The position numbers were made by a program, and so were the translations under genes. The notes beneath the pieces were generated by a model. It ran no database searches and was not told the origin of the DNA. It saw only the letters and a list, made by a program, of their open reading frames with translations. From an uncultured Gemmatimonadales bacterium (GTDB lineage: Bacteria; Gemmatimonadota; Gemmatimonadetes; Longimicrobiales; Gaopeijiaceae): DNA of 64,000 bases. This document shows, piece by piece, positions 45,740 to 56,981 of this stretch (position 1 is the stretch's first letter; every line of letters begins with the position of its first letter). Location of the stretch: NCBI GenBank assembly GCA_963823035.1, contig CAWGKG010000004.1, positions 160,001 to 224,000 on the forward strand, in the 5' to 3' direction.

Positions 45740-46700
45740 ACGACCGCGAGCACGTCTGGAGCCGCCGCGACTTCGTGCGGACCACCACCTCCTGCGCGAC
45801 CCACCTCGGCCTGATGGCGGCGGCCGCGCCGTGGATGCCGAGGCGCTTGTGGGCGCAGGAGCGGTACCCCGTGGTGGCCCGCGAGCCGTGGGGGCGCATC
45901 GAGGAGATCGCCGGCGGGGTGTGGGCGCTGGTCTCCACTCCGCTGGAGGGTGACCGGACCACCCTCTGCAACGGAGGCATCGTCGCGGGGCGCAGCGGCG
46001 TCCTGGTCGTCGAGGCGTTCGGCAGCGACGCGGGCGCCACCTGGATGGCGCGCGCAGGCGAAGACGCTCACTGGGAGGATGCCGACGCACGTGGTGCTCA
46101 CGCACTACCACGGAGACCACACCGGGGGCCTGCGCGGCGCGCTTCCCTCCACGGACGTGAAGCTCCTTTCCACCGACGTGACCCGGCGCCTCGTGGAGGA
46201 CCGCAACCAGGATCCGCCGCGCGCGCTCCTGGACGGCGCCGAGCTCGTGGATCCGCGGCGCCCGAGCGAGATCGACCTTGGCGGGCGCTCGGTGCTGATC
46301 GTGCCGCGCAACGGCCACACCGACTCGGATGTGAGCCTGGAGATCACGGATCCGTCGGTGGTGTTCTGCGGCGACCTGGTCTGGAACCGGATGTTCCCGA
46401 ACTACGTGGACGCGATTCCGTCGCGGTTGAGCGCGAACGTGAAGCTGCTGCGCGCGCTCGGCGCCACCACGTACGTGCCCGGTCACGGGCCGCTGGCGGA
46501 TGCGGCCGAGCTCGATCGCTATCAGACCCTGTTGGACGACGTCGAGGCGGCGGCGCGCAGGGCGATGGAGCGCGGCACGAGCGCGGAGGACGCGGGCGCC
46601 GGGTACCGGATCCCCGCGGCGCTGGGCGAGTGGACGCTCTTCAGTCCCGTCGTACTTCGGGCGGGCGATCGGCGCGTGGATGAAGGAGTTGGGAGCGTAA
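45736..46700 (+). CDS. Tat-exported metallo-beta-lactamase-fold hydrolase, frameshifted
   Basis: SRRDFVR; THYHGDH, GHTDSD, GDL, VPGHG. Shifts near 46050 and 46645. Confidence 0.82.
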
Positions 46701-46818
46701 CCGCGGCGGCGAGCCCCGCGTTCGTCACCACCGACTTCACCGCGCGCCCGAGGTTGCTAGCTTTGACGGGTCGTGGCGGCCACCGTCGCCACAGCGTAGC
46801 GATCACATCGGAGCATCC

Positions 46819-48019
46819 ATGTCGGGCACCAAGGGAACCATCGCGATCCTCACGGGGGGCGGCGACGTCCCCGGTCTCAATCCTGCCATCCGGGCGGTCA
46901 CCATCCGCGCGCGTAGGGAGGGCTACCGCGTCATCGGCATCCGCCGGGGTTGGCGCGGCCTCGTGGACATCGTGCCGGAGCCCGGCGCGGACAACTCGGC
47001 GTGCCTGACCGAGCTGACCGAGGAGCTCGTGAACCGGATCGGGCGCACGGGCGGCACGTTCCTGCACACGTCGCGCACGCGCGCGAGCCACCTGCCGCTC
47101 GGGCTCGTCCCGGAACACCTGAAGGACCGCTACACCGACCCGATCAACGACATCACGCCCGACATCCTCAAGAACCTCGACTTCCTGGGCGTCGACATCA
47201 TCGTCCCGATCGGTGGCGACGACACCCTGTCCTATGCGCACCGCCTCCACCAGGAGGGCGTGCGCGTGGTGGCGATCCCGAAGACGATGGACAACGACGT
47301 GCCGGGCACGGACTACTGCATCGGCTTCAGCACGTGCGTGACGCGCACGATCGAGCTGACGCACCGGCTGCGCACCTCCGCAGGGTCGCACGAGCGCATC
47401 CTGGTGATCGAGGTGTTCGGCCGCTACGCCGGCTTCACTGCGCTCCTGCCGACCATGGCCGGCGCCGCCGACCGCTGCGTCATCCCCGAGCATCCCTTCG
47501 ACGTCGAGCGCCTCACGCACGCTCCTGGTGAAGGACCGTGAAGCGAACCCGAGCCGCTACTCCGTGGTCCTGGTCTCCGAGGGCGCCACGATGACGCACC
47601 AGGAGGACATGGTCTTCGAGAGCGAGGAGGCCGACCAGTTCGGGCACAAGAAGCTGGGCGGCGTGGGCGACCAGGTGTCGGACAGGATCAGGGACGTCTC
47701 CCCGAAGTTCAACCACGGGAAGGAAATCAACATCGTGAACCAGCGGCTCGGCTATCTGGTTCGCTCGGGTGATCCGGACGCGCTGGACTCGATCGTGCCG
47801 ATGGCTTTCGGCAACCTCGCGTTGGATCTGATCCTCGAAGGTCGGAGCGGACTGCTCGTGGCCGTGCGCAACGGCGTGTACAGCCCGGTGCCCGTGGAGG
47901 CCGTCGTCGGAACGAAGAAGGTCGTGGACGTGAACCTCTACTACGACACGGACCGCATGCGCCCGAAGTACGACCGCTTCTCGTCGCGACCGCTCTTCAT
48001 CATGACCAGCGGAACCTGA
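46819..48019 (+). CDS. pfkA: 6-phosphofructokinase, predicted PPi-dependent, one frameshift
   Basis: TGGGDVPGLN, GGTFLHTSR, GGDDT, PKTMDND, EVFGR, LGYLVR. Shift near 47520. Confidence 0.9.
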
Positions 48020-48046
48020 GGCTCGATCCCCCCGGCTCGACCGGGA

Positions 48047-49575
48047 TCAGGGGGGAGAGGGGAGGGGAGGGCGGCCCTCACGCCGCGCGACCGCCATCCG
48101 GTAGACGTCGTGGTACTCGGCCACCGACCGGGTCCACCCGAAGTCCGTCGCATGGCCTCCCGGATGCGCTCCTGCCAGCCGGTGGGGTCCGCGTAGAGCG
48201 TCAGCGCGTCCACCAACGCCTCGCGCAGGGCCGACGGCTGGTACTCGTCGAAGAGGAAGCCCGTGACCCGGTCCTCGATCGTGTCGGCCAGTCCCCCGAC
48301 CCGGCGTGCGACAGGGAGCGCGCCGTAGCGCTGCGCGCGCATCTGCGTGAGCCCGCAGGGCTCGTAGAGGGAGGGCATCAGCAGGATGTCCGCCCCGCCC
48401 AGCAGGCGGTGCTCGAACTCCTCGGTGAAGTCGAACTGCACGGCCACCCGGTCGGGAGCCCATCCGGCCAGAGCGCTCAGCCGGTCGTGGTAGTAGCGCT
48501 CTCCGTGTCCAAGGAAGACCCACTGCGCGGGTAGATCCAGGATGTTCGCGTCCAGGATGAGGTCGAGCCCCTTCTGCCGCACGAGACGGGCGATCAGCCC
48601 CACGATCGGCGTCCTTGGCTCGGTCGCGAAGCCGCACTCCTGCTGGAGGCGCTTCTTGCTCAGCGCCTTTCCGTCGAGGCAGTCGGGGTCGTACGGGCGG
48701 GGCAGCTCGGGGTCGTCGGAGGGGTCCCACAGATCGAGCTCGATCCCGTTGAGGATCCCCACGAAACGGTCGCCGAGCGCTGTGAAGGCGGTGTCCAGGC
48801 CGAAGCCGCCGACCCCGGTGCACAGCTCCCTGGCGTGCGTCGGGCTCACCGTGGTGACCATGTCGGCGCACACCAGGGCACCCTTGAGCAGGTTGACCTG
48901 ACCGTGCCACTCGAGGAACTGCCAGTGGTAGTGCCGCGGGTCGATGCCGAGCTCGCCCAGGATCGACGGGGCGTAGTAGCCCTGGAAGCCGCCGTTGTGG
49001 ACGGTCATCACGCTGGACACCGCGTCGAAGTAGGGGTGGCCGGCCAGTGTCGTGCGCAGGTAGATCGGCGCCAGCGCGGCGTGCCAGTCGTGTGCGTGGA
49101 TCAGGGTCCGCCCGGGCGACAGGATCGGAAGCGCCTCGAGCGCGGCGCGGCAGTAGAAGGCGAAGCGACGGTGGTTGTCCGGATAGGCGCCCCCGTCGTC
49201 GCCGTACAGGCCCTCGCGGTCGAAGTAGGCGTCGTTGCCGATGAAGAAGACCTCCGGCGCGCCCGCGTCGGTCGGAAGGCGGTGGAGCGATGCGCGCTCC
49301 ACCCGGTCCGCCACCGGCACGGACAACTCGCCGATCGGCTCGATCCAGGGGAAGTTCTCCCGGACCCTCCGGTAGAGCGGGATGACGACCACGGTCGGTA
49401 CGCCGGATTCGGCCTGATAGCGGGCGATTCCCCGCACGGCCTCTCCCAGACCGCCCGAGCGCGCGTACGGCCAGTACTCGGACGCCAGGTGCACGACGGT
49501 CTCCGAAAACTCGGGTCGGTGATGCTCTGTGCGCGGCACCTTTTCGGGGCTCCCGGGTCGTGATCGCCGTGACAC
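48047..49575 (-). CDS. glgA: Glycogen synthase, one frameshift near the C-terminus
   Basis: RSGGL, HAHDWH, TVHN, TTVSP, GILNG, RLVRQKG, MPSLYEPCGLTQM, GGLADT. Confidence 0.92.
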
Positions 49576-49695
49576 CGTCGGGGGGAGCGGTTCCTACCCC
49601 GGCCGGCGCCTCCACGTTCGTCCGGTCCGGCGCGCGTCCCGCGCGCTACGCCGCCAGGGGGCCCGGTCTCGATCCCCGGGGCCCCCTCGGCCGCG

Positions 49696-51860
49696 TCACG
49701 CCACCGGTGGATCGTCGGTTTCCACGTCCCCGGCCAACGCCGGAACGTAGTAGCGCTCGGTGTACTCCTGGACCATCCGCTCCGCCGTGAAGTGCGTGCC
49801 CGCGACGCGCAGCGCCTCCTTCATCTTGCGGATCCACCCGCGGGGGAGGTCTTCCTCGTCGCGGTCGTAGTAGAGCGGAACGACCTCACGCTCGAGGAGG
49901 GTGAAGAGGGCGTCGTGGTCGTGGGCGTCGACCTCTTCGTCGGTGCCCTCGGCCACCGGCACGGCCCACCCGTTCGTTCCGGTGAAGCCCTCGGCCCACC
50001 ACCCGTCCAGCGTGCCGATCTGTGGCACGCAGTTGAGCGCCGCCTTCATCCCGCTGGTGCCGGAGGCCTCCATCGGGACGCGCGGCATGTTCAGCCAGAC
50101 GTCCACACCCTGCACCAGGCGGTGCGCCACATGCAGCTCGTAGTCCTCCACGAAGGCGATCCGACCCTCGAAGCGCGGGTCGCGCGTCAGCTGCCAGACA
50201 CGCTGCAGGACCCTCTTGGCTTCGTCGTCGGCCGGGTGCGCCTTCCCCGAGAAGACGAGCTGAACGGGGCGCCTCGGGTCCGTGAGGAGCCGCCTGAGCC
50301 GCTCCTCGTCACGGAAGAGGAGGTTGGCGCGCTTGTAGGTCGCGAAGCGCCGCGCGAAGCCGAGCGTGAGCGGCTCCGGCGTCAGGAGCGTGCCGGCGCC
50401 CACGAGGTGCGCGGCCTCGCGCCAGAGCTGGATCCAGCGGACCCGCGCCTGCTCCTTGCAGAAGTCGAGCAGCGTCTCCTTCAGGTAGACGTGGATGTTC
50501 CAGACCATGGTGTCGTCCAGCTCGTGGACCCGGTCCCAGGGGCGCGGACCGTTGAGCCGCGCCTCCCACTCTTCCCCGAAGAGGCCGTCGAGAAGCACCA
50601 TGTAGTGATGGGACATCCAGCTCGGTAGGTGCACCCCGTTCGTGACGCTCGCCGATCGGGAGGTGGGCCGGGTCGCGTCCGGGCCAGAAGGACTTCCACA
50701 GCTCCTGGGTCACCCGCCCGTGGCGCTTGGAGACGCCGTTGACGTTGGCGGACAGCCGGATCCCCGCGGCGGTCATGTGGAAGCGACCCCCGATCGAGGT
50801 CCGGATGCGCCCCGAGGGCGTAGAAGGAGTCCCGATCCATGGGGCCCTCCTCCCAGTACGCCGAGCACACCGCGTCGACCGACTCGGGGGGGAACATGTC
50901 GTGCCCGGCCGGTACGGGCGTGTGCGTCGTGAAGACCGAGTGCGCGCGCACGTTGCGGATGGCGTCCTCCTTCGACTCCCCGGCCTCCAGTCGCGCGCGC
51001 AAGCGCTCCACCATCATGAACGAAGCGTGGCCTTCGTTCGCGTGCCACGCCCCGGGGCGGATACCCAGCGCCCTCAGCACGCGCACGCCGCCAATGCCGA
51101 GGATCCACTCCTGCTTGAGGCGATGCTCGTGCTCGCCGCCGTAGAGCTTGTACGTCAGCTCCCGGTCCTCGGGGTCGTTCTCCGGGAGGTTCGTGTCGAG
51201 GAGGTAGAGCTTGATCCGCCCCGCCTCGAGCAGCCACGCGCCCACGTGGATGATGCGGCCCGACGTCTCCACGGACGCGAGCGACAGGCTGCCGCTCGGT
51301 CCCGTCAGCCGGACCAGGGGCATGATCTCGGGATCGAAGACCTCGTCCGAGTCCTCCTGCCAGCCGTCGAGGTTGAGCTTCTGGTCGAAGTAGCCCTTCG
51401 AGTACAGGAGCCCGACCCCGATGAGCGGGACGCCCAGGTCCGAGGCCGCCTTGCAGTGGTCACCCGCCAGCACGCCGAGGCCCCCCGAGTAGATGGGGAT
51501 CGAGTTGTGCAGGCCGAACTCCGCGCAGAAGTACGCGACCGGGTTGTCGAGGCTCACGTCCGGGAAGTACCGGGAGAACCACGTGTCCCCGGTCCTCAAC
51601 GTCTCGTCGAAGGCCGCCAGCGTCCGGTCGTACAACTTGAGGAACTCCGGATCCGACGCGCACTCGGCAAGGCGGCCTGGGCTCACCTGTCGGAGCAACG
51701 CCACCGGGTTGTGGCGCGTGGCCGACCAGATGACCGGGTCGACCGCACGCAGCATCCAGCGGGCGCGACGATCCCAGCGCCACCAGAGGTTGAGCGCGAT
51801 GCGCTCGAGGTCCGCGATGCGTTCCGGCAGATAGGGGATCTTCCCCGAATCTTCCGTCAT
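49696..51860 (-). CDS. glgP: Alpha-glucan (glycogen) phosphorylase, frameshifted
   Basis: NLWW, AYFCAEFGLH..YSGGLGVLAGDH, HANEGH, FTTHTPV, FARRFATYKR, EASGTSGMKA. Shifts near 50780 and 50650. Confidence 0.92.
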
Positions 51861-52015
51861 TGTGAAGTGATTCCGTTGCCGTTGGGGGGGTACACATTGG
51901 CAATCCAGTCGGGTGAAATTAACTACGAGACCGGTGCGCTTGTGAAGACAGCGGGACGCGAGGCGAGGGCTGTCGCCCCGCAGTGACGTCCTCGAGAGTC
52001 GGGGAGGGAATTGGC

Positions 52016-52362
52016 ATGGCAAGGAACGACAAGGACTTCAGGGATTCGCGTGCGGGACTTCGTCTCCCGCCATCCGGACGGCTGGAGCCACGACGAGTGG
52101 CTCGGGCTGCTGGCGGAGCTCGGCGAAGCCGGCGTGGACACGAACGACCACGAGACGATCGGCGCCGCGCTGGAGCACGAGCGGCTGCTCGTCGTCCTCG
52201 AGCGGGCGTCGGTGAAGGGCCTGGGGCCGAAGCGCCGCGAGGCGGTGGCCGGGCGCTTCGGGCGCCTGTGGGACCTGAAGCACGCTTCCGTGGAGGACAT
52301 CGCCGCCCTGCCCTCGTTCCACGTGGGGCTTGCGGAGGCGCTGCACCGAGGCCCTTCGGTAG
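52016..52362 (+). CDS. Small helix-hairpin-helix domain protein, frameshifted
   Basis: SD GGAGG; VKGLGPKRREAV..FG..LKHASVEDIAALP resembles the UvrC C-terminal (HhH)2 motif. Confidence 0.6.
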
Positions 52363-52385
52363 GCGGCCGCGGCTTGGCCGTCCTC

Positions 52386-52402
52386 CTGGCATCGAAGTTG
52401 CA
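52386..52402 (+). promoter_or_regulatory. Sigma54 (-24/-12) promoter
   Basis: CTGGCATCGAAGTTGCA with exact GG-N10-GC spacing, 48 nt upstream of the ompA-family ATG. Confidence 0.65.
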
Positions 52403-52449
52403 TCCCGGGGCATCGCGACGTGGCCTGTGAACGAACGAAGGAGAATGAT

Positions 52450-53145
52450 ATGTCGCTGGACCGGACGCCCATGCGGAGCCGCGCCTTCACGGCGGCGATC
52501 CTCTGTCTCTCCCTTGTGGGCGGGGGCTGCGCCTCGATGAACAGGACCGAGAAGGGCGCGGCGGGCGGCGCGGCCGCGGGCGCGGCCGTCGGCGGCCTCA
52601 TCGGGAAGGCGGCCGGCTCGACCGCCAGGGGCGCGATCCTGGGCGCCGTGGTCGGCGGTGCGGCCGGCGCGGTCATCGGGAACCGCATGGACAAGCAGGC
52701 CGAGGAGCTCGACGCCGAGCTTCCGAACGCCACCGTGGAACGGGTCGGCGAGGGCATCCAGATCACCTTCGATTCCGGCATCCTCTTCGACGTCGACTCG
52801 GACGTGCTCCGGCGGGCGTCGCAGGACAACCTCTCCAACCTGGCCCAGAGCATCGCGGACTACGAGGGCACGCGCATCCTGGTCGTGGGCCACACGGACG
52901 CGACCGGATCGGACGCCTACAACCAGAGCCTCTCGGAGCGGCGGGCCAACTCGGCGCGCACGTACCTGCTCCGGCAGGGCGTGTCCGGCGACCGCATCGA
53001 AGCCGTGGGTCGAGGCGAATCCGAGCCCGTGGCCGACAACGAGACGGCGACGGGCCGACAGGAGAATCGGCGCGTGGAGGTCGCGATCTTCGCGAGTGAG
53101 GCTTTCCAGAAGGCGATGCTCGATCGTTACGGCCGCGGAGGCTGA
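52450..53145 (+). CDS. OmpA-family lipoprotein with a glycine zipper (YiaD-like)
   Basis: Lipobox GGC; Gly zipper; GHTDATG..YNQSLSERRA; NRRVE. Confidence 0.92.
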   Translation: MSLDRTPMRSRAFTAAILCLSLVGGGCASMNRTEKGAAGGAAAGAAVGGLIGKAAGSTARGAILGAVVGGAAGAVIGNRMDKQAEELDAELPNATVERVGEGIQITFDSGILFDVDSDVLRRASQDNLSNLAQSIADYEGTRILVVGHTDATGSDAYNQSLSERRANSARTYLLRQGVSGDRIEAVGRGESEPVADNETATGRQENRRVEVAIFASEAFQKAMLDRYGRGG

Positions 53146-53152
53146 TCCTCCG

Positions 53153-53597
53153 TCAGTCGGTGGTCCCGGGAGCTCGGGTGGGTAGCGCGTAGAGGTGCGC
53201 CGTCACCGCCACCCCGATCAGAACGAGCAGAGCCACGGCCCAGAGGCGCTCCCAGAGCAGCAGGGCGGACAGCCCCATGAAGGCCCACATGGTGACGACC
53301 GACGTGGTGCGCACGCGCCGTGACATGACGCCGGTGGTCGCGGTAGTCGCTCAGGTACTTCCCGAAGAGCCGGTTCTCGTACAGCCAGCGCTCCGCACGT
53401 TGGGAGCTGCGCGCGAAGCACCACCCGGCCAGGAGGAGGAAGCAGGTCGTCGGCCAGAGCGGGACGAAGATCCCGATCACGCCGAGCACCACGCTGGTGG
53501 CTCCCACGGAGAAGTAGACCGTGCGGCGCAGGGGGCTCGGGAGGGTTCGTGCCACGCGCTCGGCGGCTGCGTGGTCGACGGGGCAGGAGTCGTTCAC
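53153..53597 (-). CDS. YbaN/DUF454 inner-membrane protein, one frameshift
   Basis: LGVIGIFVPLWPTTCFLLLAGWCFARSS..WL..NRLFG. Confidence 0.85.
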
Positions 53598-53721
53598 GGG
53601 TCGGCTTCGTGTTCGAGAGGGTCGGGTTCCCAATGGTGGCGCTTCGCGGGCCTGTGCTCAAGAGCCGTCGTGCGCCGCGGCCGTTGACCCGCCCGTTCGG
53701 GCGGCTGTAGACTTCTCGTTC

Positions 53722-53840
53722 AATCCATCGAGACCGGCTGAGGGACAGGCCCTTTGACGCCGGGGCAACCTGGAGAGCGTGGCTGCTCGCCAAGGTGCCA
53801 ACTCCTGCGGCGAGCCTTCGCGGCTCGCCGGAAGATGGTT
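53722..53840 (+). ncRNA. SAM-I riboswitch aptamer
   Basis: CCATCGAGA..GAGGGACAGGCCC..GGCAACC..GGTGCCAACTCCTGC..AAGATGG; P1 CCATC/GATGG; directly upstream of met genes. Confidence 0.92.
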
Positions 53841-53927
53841 CGCCCGCTGCGCACCGCGCGGCCGCCGAGCAGCACCCGGGCGACGGTCCTCAGGGGTTTC
53901 CGATGCAACCTCTCGAGGAGAACCGTC

Positions 53928-54978
53928 ATGCGCACCCACGCAGCCGCCCGCCCGCACGTCGAAGCCTACCGCAGCACGGGAACGTCTCCCGGGCGTTCCG
54001 CCGACGGTACCGGGGCCCGCATCGGTTCGACGCGATGCGTCCTCCCTCTCGACCACCATGGCCCCACCCGGGTCGAGCTCTCATGGGAGGTGCACGGCCC
54101 CCCGTGCGCGCCCCCCGTCGTCGTGCTCGGCGGCATCTCTGCCGACCGGCACGTCGGCGCGTCCGCGGCGCGCCCCGAGCCCGGCTGGTGGCGGGGCGTG
54201 GTCGGCCCCGGTGCCCCGCTCGACACGCACCGCCTGCGCGTGATCGGGTTGGACTGGCTGGCCGGCCCCCGATCGCACCGGCGACCCGAGGACCCCGTCA
54301 CGACGGCCGACCAGGCGCGCGCCGTCCTCGCCGTGCTCGACCATCTCGGCGTGGCTCGCACGAGCCTGGTCGGCGCCTCCTACGGCGGCATGGTCGCCCT
54401 CAGCCTCGCGCTCCAGGCGCCCGAGCGCGTGCGTCGACTCGCGGTGGTGGGCGCGGCGCACCGCGCGCATGCGCTCGCCACGGGACTGCGCGCCATCCAG
54501 CGGCGGCATCCTGCGGCTCGGCGGCGGCGGACCCGAAGCGGTGTCGCTGGCCCGGGCCCTGGCTCTGACGACGTACCGGAGCGCGCGCGAGCTCGACCGC
54601 CGCTTTCCGCATCGACGGGTGGGACCGTCGGGCGCGGCGGAGGCCTCCCCCGTCGAGGCATGGCTCGCCGCCCACGGTGAGCGCTTCGCCGCTCGCTTCG
54701 ACGCGGAGCGCTACGCGACGCTCTCCGAGTCGATCGACCTCCACGACGTGGACCCTTCCGCCCTCTCCGTGCCGACGCTCCTCGTGAGCTTCACCACGGA
54801 CCTGCTCACGCCGCCGTGGCTCGTCGACGAGCTGGTCGCGCGAGCGCCCGGCGTCACGCGCCACGTCACGATCGAGTCGGACTTCGGACACGACGCCTTC
54901 CTCAAGGAATCCGCGCGGGTGGGTGAGGTGCTGGCCGGATTCCTCTCCGTGGTGCAGGGACGGGAGGTGGCCCGATGA
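53928..54978 (+). CDS. metX: Homoserine O-acyltransferase (MetX alpha/beta-hydrolase fold), one frameshift
   Basis: VLGGISADRH, GWW, GASYGGM, ALTTYRS, LSESIDLH, GHDAFL. Shift near 54505. Confidence 0.88.
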
Positions 54979-56145
54979 GCCGGCCGGCGACGCGGGCCGT
55001 GCGCGCGGCCATCGCCTCGGACCCGGAGCACGGCGCGGTGGTGCCCCCGCTCCACCTGTCCGCGAACTTCACCTTCGAAGCGCCCGGCGTGTGCGGTCGG
55101 TTCGACTACACCCGCTCCGGCAACCCGACCCGGCAGCAGCTCGCCGACGCGATTGCCTCGCTCGAGGGTGGCGTGGGCGCGGTGGTGACGTCGAGCGGCA
55201 TGGCCGCCGTGACGGTGGTGCTCCACCTGGTCGCTTCGCGGCGACACCGTGGTCGCGCCCCACGACTGTTACGGAGGCACGCAGCGTCTCCTGAAGGCGT
55301 TGAGCGACCGCGTGGGCTTCCACGTCCTCTGGCTGGATCAGACCGACGACGGCTCCATCGAGGCGGCCGAGCGCAGCGGCGCGCGGCTCGTGTGGGTGGA
55401 AACGCCCAGCAATCCCCTGCTACGCGTCACCGACATCCGCCGGTGGAGCGACCTCTCGCGTCGCCTGGGCGCGGTGTGCGTGGTCGACAACACCTTCCTG
55501 TCGCCCGCGCTGCAGCGGCCGCTCGAGCACGGCGCGGATCTCGTCGTCCACTCCACCACGAAGTTCGTCAACGGGCACAGCGACGTGGTCGGAGGGGCCG
55601 TGGTGGCCCGCGACGAAGCGGCGCTCGAGGAGCTGACGTGGTGGGCGAACTGCCTCGGCGTCACGGGCGCGCCCTTCGACGCGTGGCTCACCCTGCGCGG
55701 CGTGCGGACGCTGCGCGCCCGCCAACGGATCCACGAGGAGAACGCGCTGGCCGTGGTGGGCCTGCTCCGGCGGCACGGAGCGGTGGCGCGGGTGCATCAT
55801 CCGAGCCTTCCCGACCATCCGGGTCACCGGGTGGCGGCCGCGCAGCAGGACGGGTGGGGTAGCCTGGTCAGCCTCGATCTCGAGGGAGGGAGGGTGGCCG
55901 TGGACGCGTTCCTCCATGGGCTGGAGTGCTTCACGCTGGCGGAGTCGCTCGGCGGGGTGGAGAGCCTGGTGGCGCATCCGTCCACGATGACGCACGCCTC
56001 GATGGACGAGGACGCGCGGCTCGCGGCAGGCGTGCACGAGGGGCTGCTGCGCCTTTCGATCGGCATCGAAGACGTGGAGGACCTGAGCGAGGACCTGACG
56101 CGCGCCCTCGACCGGGCGGAGGAGGCCTCGTGGGCCGCCGTCTGA
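54975..56145 (+). CDS. metB: Cystathionine gamma-synthase, one frameshift
   Basis: YTRSGNPTR, SSGMAA, DCYGG, ETPSNP, DNTF, HSTTKFVNGHSD, AESLGGVESL. Shift near 55235. Confidence 0.9.
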
Positions 56146-56171
56146 GCTCCGCGCGGACAAACCCCGGCCCG

Positions 56172-56918
56172 GTGGTCGTCCTCAAGTTCGGCTCGTCCGT
56201 CCTCGAGGGTGCGGGGGGCTACGTGGCGGCGGCCGCCGAGGTGGCGCGCGAGGTGGAGGTGGGGCGGCGCGTCGTGGCGGTGGTGTCGGCGCCACCCGGA
56301 ACGACGGATGCGCTCCTCGGTGCCGCCGCACCGCTGGCGCCAAGGCCGCCGGAGCGGCTCGTCAGCCGCCTGCTCGCGACCGGGGAGGCGGCCTCCGTCG
56401 CCCTCCTCGCGATCGCGCTTTCCGCGCGCGGCGTCGAGGCGTGCGCCCTCGACGCCGCCGGGCTGGCGCTGCGGACGCAGGGCCCGCCGCTGGATGCCGA
56501 CCCGGTCGACGTCGACGTCGCGAGCCTGCGGGGCGCGCTGGAGCGGTACCCGGCGCTGGTGGTGCCTGGCTTCGTCGGCGTGGACCCCGACGGCGAGCTC
56601 TCCCTCCTGGGGAGGGGAGGGTCCGACCTGACCGCGCTCTTCCTGGCGGACCGCCTCGACGCGGTGGAGTGCCGGTTGCTCAAGGACGTGGACGGCGTCC
56701 ACGCCGCCGACCCGAATGTGGATCCGTCGGCGCCGGTGTTCCGCCGGGCGTCATGGGAGGTCGTGCTGGAGGTCGGAGGGGCGCTCGTCCAGGGGAAGGC
56801 GGTGCGCTTCGCGCGCGAGCGCGGGCGCACGTTCCGGGTGGCCGCGCTCGGAGGAGAAGGAACATGGGTCGGTGGGCTGCCGGCCCTCGACCCCGGGCTG
56901 GCGTCCGCACCGGGATGA
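56172..56918 (+). CDS. Stand-alone aspartokinase catalytic domain (no ACT or HSDH domain)
   Basis: VLKFGSSVL, VAVVSA..TTD, ATGE, VPGF, LGRGGSDLTA, KDVDGV..ADP. Start uncertain (56142-56172). Confidence 0.8.
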   Translation: MVVLKFGSSVLEGAGGYVAAAAEVAREVEVGRRVVAVVSAPPGTTDALLGAAAPLAPRPPERLVSRLLATGEAASVALLAIALSARGVEACALDAAGLALRTQGPPLDADPVDVDVASLRGALERYPALVVPGFVGVDPDGELSLLGRGGSDLTALFLADRLDAVECRLLKDVDGVHAADPNVDPSAPVFRRASWEVVLEVGGALVQGKAVRFARERGRTFRVAALGGEGTWVGGLPALDPGLASAPG

Positions 56919-56981
56919 GCAGGCGAGACGACGCGGGGAGGGGTGGCGGCCCGATCGGGCCGCCACGCTCTCCGTTGGGCG

